The notes under the pieces: generated by a model
What the model was told of the DNA's origin: nothing
The model's input: only the letters and a program-made list of their open reading frames with translations
Database searches by the model: none
Origin: a virus
Taxonomy: Duplodnaviria; Caudoviricetes
Strand: one strand, 5' to 3'
Virus record (IMG/VR): IMGVR_UViG_3300037511_000468
Span: 1 to 29,465 of that record
Length of the DNA stretch: 29,465 nucleotides
Program-made: the position numbers and the translations under genes
Shown here: positions 26,020 to 29,465 of the stretch, piece after piece
How the letters are laid out: each line of letters begins with the position of its first letter
How positions within the stretch are numbered: the first letter of the stretch is position 1

Positions 26020-26988
26020 ATGAAGAATCGCTTCGCGTCCGCCCTGGCGGCGCTCGCGGTGGTGCTCGGCGTCGGCGCCATGGGCGTCGCGCCGGCCCAG
26101 GCCGACGAAGGCTTCGTGCCGATCTCGGCCACGTCCGCGCAGACCGGCAACGGCTTCGTGCCGATCAGCAAGCCGGACCCTGGCAAGCACGTCCAGCCGC
26201 CGCGTAAGCCGAGCGGCGCACAGGGCGAGGTCAACTCCCTGGCCACCGGCTACTACACCTACGCGGTCGCCGAGGACAACCAGTCGGCGACCGGCATGAA
26301 GGCGGACGCGCAGATCACCCGGCCGTGGCTGAGCCCGGCCGAGACCCACACGCTGTGGGAGATGGCACTCTGCGACTACCCGTCGACCGGCCGCAACTGC
26401 ATCGAGCTGGGCTGGACGATCGACAACACCAACAGCCCCAACGTCAACGGGAGCGACACCACCAACCCGCACCTCTTCGTCGGCTACTGGCGCGACGGTG
26501 TGTGGACCGGCTGGAACGCGGCGAGCCCGTACTACCACGACGACCCGGCCAACACGACCATCTACGCGGGCATCAGCCTGAACGGTGCGGTCGGCGGGTC
26601 GCGGCACTTCCGCATCCAGCGGAACGCCACGGTGCCGACCCAGTGGGATGTCGGCTACGGCACGGGTGCCAACGGCTCGACGTGGTTCCAGCGGGTCGGC
26701 TGGTACGACACCAGCGGTTCCGCCACCGCACTGACCAACGGCACGGTGAACGAGTGGTTCGGCGAGGTCGCCGGTACTACCCGTGACGCCACGCTCCAGT
26801 GCACCGACATGCTGTCCGGCACGTATCCGACCACCACGGCCGGTCACCTGACGGAGAACATCGACCTGTACGGGAACGTGAACCCGGACGACATCACCAC
26901 GTGGGTGAGCCCGGCCGGTACCACCGGCCGTAACTCGGTCCGTGTGGATGCCACCACCGCCCGTATGGGCGGCACGGGTCCCTGCTGA
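26020..26988 (+). CDS. Secreted neprosin-like glutamic peptidase
   Basis: Sec signal peptide ending AQA; IELGW, PHLFVGYW.DG and WFGEV motifs of the neprosin domain; gaggag RBS. Confidence 0.75.
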   Translation: MKNRFASALAALAVVLGVGAMGVAPAQADEGFVPISATSAQTGNGFVPISKPDPGKHVQPPRKPSGAQGEVNSLATGYYTYAVAEDNQSATGMKADAQITRPWLSPAETHTLWEMALCDYPSTGRNCIELGWTIDNTNSPNVNGSDTTNPHLFVGYWRDGVWTGWNAASPYYHDDPANTTIYAGISLNGAVGGSRHFRIQRNATVPTQWDVGYGTGANGSTWFQRVGWYDTSGSATALTNGTVNEWFGEVAGTTRDATLQCTDMLSGTYPTTTAGHLTENIDLYGNVNPDDITTWVSPAGTTGRNSVRVDATTARMGGTGPC

Positions 26989-27002
26989 CCTGACCCATCT
27001 AG

Positions 27003-27034
27003 CTGGGCGCGCCTCTTTCGGGAGGGGCGCCCAG
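27003..27034 (+). terminator. Hairpin after the neprosin-like gene
   Basis: ctgggcgc-g-cctct-ttcg-ggagg-g-gcgcccag. Confidence 0.6.
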
Positions 27035-27048
27035 TGTCGTTTTAGGGC

Positions 27049-27057
27049 TGATACCCT
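27049..27057 (+). promoter_or_regulatory. Extended -10 for a leaderless transcript
   Basis: TGaTACCCT 6 nt before ATG 27064; no SD sequence. Confidence 0.55.
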
Positions 27058-27063
27058 GTCGAC

Positions 27064-27351
27064 ATGCTGGAGAGAATCGACACCCAAATCCACACCACGC
27101 ACGTGAACCGCGTCCGCATCATCGTGGAGCAGAGCGACCAAGTGACCTGGGAGCTGGAGGCCGTGCCGGTCGACAGCGATGGCGTCGTCGCGGGCGGCCA
27201 GATGGGGCGCCGGGAGGGCGAGTACGACCTCGCGGCGTTCAGTCTGGCGGAGCTGTACCGATCGCTGAACGAGCGACCTGAGTTCGTCTTCTTTTTGCGC
27301 GGCGGCGAGATGCGTCTGCGCCTGGTGGATGAGCGCGGGGATATCCGATGA
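27064..27351 (+). CDS. Hypothetical protein
   Basis: Leaderless-type start; ATGA overlap with the next gene. Confidence 0.7.
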   Translation: MLERIDTQIHTTHVNRVRIIVEQSDQVTWELEAVPVDSDGVVAGGQMGRREGEYDLAAFSLAELYRSLNERPEFVFFLRGGEMRLRLVDERGDIR

Positions 27352-27566
27352 GCGCTGCGGCGCCCACCGACAGTGGGACTTGTCGGCACTGCAAGAACCC
27401 GATCGTGTTCGGGATGTACTGGGTCGGTACGGTCAAGGCGGCGCCGCGGCCGATCTGGTACCACCCGCCCGGCAACCAGACCTGCCTGGTGAAGCCAGAC
27501 GGCTGGAAGGGCAAGAAGGGCGAGGGCGCCTGGCCCATGGCCGAACCGGAGCCGGAGGACAGCTGA
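27348..27566 (+). CDS. Small Zn-binding hypothetical protein
   Basis: CRHC...WYH...C motifs; coupled on both sides. Confidence 0.65.
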   Translation: MSAAAPTDSGTCRHCKNPIVFGMYWVGTVKAAPRPIWYHPPGNQTCLVKPDGWKGKKGEGAWPMAEPEPEDS

Positions 27567-28045
27567 TGCACGGGTGGCGCTATGCGGGACCGTCATCGGA
27601 CGGTCGTCGCGAGTGGTGGCAGAGCCCGAGCGGCTACTACTGGACGTTCAGCCGTGGTCGCGCCATCGACTTGCCGCCGAAGCCGGGGCCCTGGGAGTGG
27701 CTGCTAGCCCGTCACGATGCGGACCGGAATCTCCGTGCCCTCGTTGAGCCATACCCGAGGCCGCTCGACGACGTCGTAGACGTCGCCCCGGATGACGACC
27801 TGGTCCTGCGCCGTGATGACGGGCGCTTCGGGCGGCGCGAATACGGTTCCGTCCGCGGTGACTTGAGCCGCATGCACCTCCACTTCGCGGCCCGGCCCGG
27901 GAGCGAAGAGGCAGCCCTCGACCACTACATCACGCCCAGTGCCTGGGAGCGGATCACCGAAGTTATCCGTTCTCTGCGGGTACCGGAAGATGACGGTCTC
28001 GGCGTTGCTGGACCCGAAGGCCATGAGGACCTCCCCGAGTCTTGA
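27566..28045 (+). CDS. Trp-rich hypothetical protein overlapping the stopper gene antisense
   Basis: TGATG coupling and a ggagga RBS; no stop until 28045. Confidence 0.45.
   Translation: MHGWRYAGPSSDGRREWWQSPSGYYWTFSRGRAIDLPPKPGPWEWLLARHDADRNLRALVEPYPRPLDDVVDVAPDDDLVLRRDDGRFGRREYGSVRGDLSRMHLHFAARPGSEEAALDHYITPSAWERITEVIRSLRVPEDDGLGVAGPEGHEDLPES
27704..28024 (-). CDS. Head-to-tail stopper (SPP1 gp16-like)
   Basis: D.FGDP...VEGCLFAP...D.V.IRG..Y.V...P..W...VTG pattern; gaggt RBS. Confidence 0.85.
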   Translation of the reverse strand: MAFGSSNAETVIFRYPQRTDNFGDPLPGTGRDVVVEGCLFAPGPGREVEVHAAQVTADGTVFAPPEAPVITAQDQVVIRGDVYDVVERPRVWLNEGTEIPVRIVTG

Positions 28046-28048
28046 TCG

Positions 28049-28261
28049 TCAGCGCCGTGCGATCCGCCAGAAGCGGAGCCCCTGGATCGGGATGCTCGCG
28101 ACATGGTCGGGCGAGCCGTAGGCGCTGTTGCCCATGTAGAGCGACAAGACGTTGTCGTGAACCTGGACGGATTCGCGTTCGTTGGCGTAGCCGCCGACCT
28201 TGTAGGTCTCGCTGCGTCCGTCGAGCCACTCGACCTCGACGCTGGCCCAGTACGTGCTCAT
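28049..28261 (-). CDS. Hypothetical protein
   Basis: Start MSTYWAS; ATGA-coupled to the HTH gene. Confidence 0.7.
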   Translation of the reverse strand: MSTYWASVEVEWLDGRSETYKVGGYANERESVQVHDNVLSLYMGNSAYGSPDHVASIPIQGLRFWRIARR

Positions 28262-28491
28262 TCGGTCCCCGCGGTCTGACTCGTGGTGTCCATCCATCGG
28301 AGCAGGGCGATGGCAACGCCGAGCGAGCAGTCTCCGCCGTTTTCGAGACGGCTGATGGTCGCCGGCGCGCAGCCGCTCTGGCTCGCCGCATCTCGCAGCG
28401 ACAGCCCTCGGGCGCGCCGCGTTTCGCGGACCAGCAGGGCCAGGTCGGCCAGCAGGTCCGCGAGTTCCGCGTACGGGGTCAGCTCGTTCAT
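28258..28491 (-). CDS. XRE-family HTH regulator (77 aa)
   Basis: VRETRRARGLSLRDAASQSGCAPATISRLENG. Confidence 0.9.
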   Translation of the reverse strand: MNELTPYAELADLLADLALLVRETRRARGLSLRDAASQSGCAPATISRLENGGDCSLGVAIALLRWMDTTSQTAGTE

Positions 28492-28763
28492 CCGACCCTC
28501 GTCGGCCAGTCCCAGGTGCCGGGCGGCATCATGCCGAACTCGCGCTGGCCGTGCGCCACGTTCCACTCCACGAAGCCGCCGTGCTCGTTCGGGGTGAAGA
28601 CCCAGAGGTGCACGTGCTCCTCGTCGGTGATGTCGGGGATGACTCCAGCCTCGACAGCACGCAGGTCCAAGGTCTCGATGTCGGTGATGACGATCGCGGG
28701 CCGGAGGGCGTGAAGCCCGTCCCTGCCCCGGTAGTGGACGATCCGGCCGATGGTGGGCAGCAA
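28488..28763 (-). CDS. Conserved phage hypothetical protein (PxxGRIVHY type)
   Basis: PTIGRIVHY...PAIV...LWVF...GTWDWP.R; TTG start with aggag RBS. Confidence 0.75.
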   Translation of the reverse strand: MLPTIGRIVHYRGRDGLHALRPAIVITDIETLDLRAVEAGVIPDITDEEHVHLWVFTPNEHGGFVEWNVAHGQREFGMMPPGTWDWPTRVG

Positions 28764-28781
28764 GGGGATCTCCTGAAAGTG

Positions 28782-28814
28782 CGAAGCCCGCCACCGACTC
28801 GGCTGCGGGCTTCG
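28782..28814 (-). terminator. Leader hairpin
   Basis: 10-bp stem cgaagcccgc/gcgggcttcg. Confidence 0.55.
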
Positions 28815-28872
28815 GTCGTAGGGAGTGCCGGTACGCGTGCATGGGTCCGGGCGGGGTCGTTTCTCCCGGCTT

Positions 28873-28878
28873 AGCCTA
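28873..28878 (-). promoter_or_regulatory. -10 box TAGGCT
   Basis: HrdB-type hexamer about 110 nt upstream of the 28763 start; no clear -35. Confidence 0.4.
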
Positions 28879-28911
28879 AACCCGCCCTAGATCGTGTGTG
28901 GCCTCACACTC

Positions 28912-29442
28912 TCAGGGTAGAGCATCCAACCACTCGGCGCGACGCTTCAGGTGCTTGGCGTCTTCCAGCGCGTTGTGCAGCCCGGAAGGCTGCTCCGGCA
29001 GTTCTGGGTTGCCCCGGCGGTGGACTTCCTGGCGCAGGTCGTTGGTCCACATGGGGATGCCGCGTGGCAGATCGATCATCCGACCGAACAGCTGCGCGAG
29101 TGCCACGTGGTCGTAGGCGCCGTACCAGGCCCACAGCTCCAGATCCGGGGTGTTGAGCAGGAACGTCCGGACCATGTCGCGGATCTGCTCCCGGCGGCGA
29201 ACCGCAGGGTGGTCGAAGTCGATCGGCCAGGACTTCGGCATGTGGTTGCGCCAGTCGCCGTGTGGCTGAGGCAGGCCCGGGATGACGTTCTCCATCAGCC
29301 ATTCGTGCTTCTTGATGCGGCGCCAGGGTGCGTCCCGGTTGACGAGGTACAGCTGGCGGTCGTCCTCGGCGATCAGGCCGATCGAGATCAGCTCGATCGT
29401 TTCCCCGTCCTCCAGTAGCTCCGTGTCGTAGTAGACCCTCAC
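28912..29442 (-). CDS. DEDDh 3'-5' exoribonuclease, RNase AS (Rv2179c)-like
   Basis: YYDTEL.EDG.TIELISIG, WAWYGAYDHV, LPRGIPMWTNDL and HNALEDA motifs; ggagga RBS. Confidence 0.88.
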   Translation of the reverse strand: MRVYYDTELLEDGETIELISIGLIAEDDRQLYLVNRDAPWRRIKKHEWLMENVIPGLPQPHGDWRNHMPKSWPIDFDHPAVRRREQIRDMVRTFLLNTPDLELWAWYGAYDHVALAQLFGRMIDLPRGIPMWTNDLRQEVHRRGNPELPEQPSGLHNALEDAKHLKRRAEWLDALP

Positions 29443-29465
29443 GCGCTCCTCCTACCAGCCGGATG

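Larger units (their letters stand above)
1..29465. mobile_element. Siphovirus-type actinobacteriophage/prophage region (replication, lysis, tail and neck modules)
   Basis: Rep-loader-DnaB cassette, plus the canonical order MTP-TAC-TMP-Dit-Tal-fibres-endolysin-holin. No host housekeeping context, integrase or att site is visible. Confidence 0.95.

Noticed and set aside
1-29465. Integrase, att sites, CRISPR array, rRNA
   Set aside because: None recognisable; prophage versus free phage cannot be decided from this window.

Overview
High-GC siphovirus-type actinobacteriophage or prophage segment. An actinomycete host is inferred from the host-like DnaB, an RNase AS-like nuclease and TANNNT promoters. 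The left part (1-7894, mostly + strand) is an early/replication module: SPFH-like protein, LexA-type HTH, a divergent tandem ribbon-helix-helix gene, Rep initiator, helicase loader, DnaB, hypotheticals and a Zn-finger regulator. The right part (8006-29442, mostly - strand) is the late module: head-tail stopper, neck and tail-terminator proteins, major tail protein, HNH, tail assembly chaperones with a -1 frameshift, tape measure, Dit, Tal, fibres, endolysin and four membrane proteins. The two arms converge on one terminator. Notable points are a secreted neprosin-like protease moron inserted antisense in the neck genes, an early gene carrying a major-tail-protein-like fragment, a Tal with an N-terminal and probably inactive glycoside-hydrolase barrel, a single-chain RHH dimer with candidate operators, and a pseudoknot-forming hairpin upstream of the chaperones. 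All family calls come from motif recognition; no searches were run.
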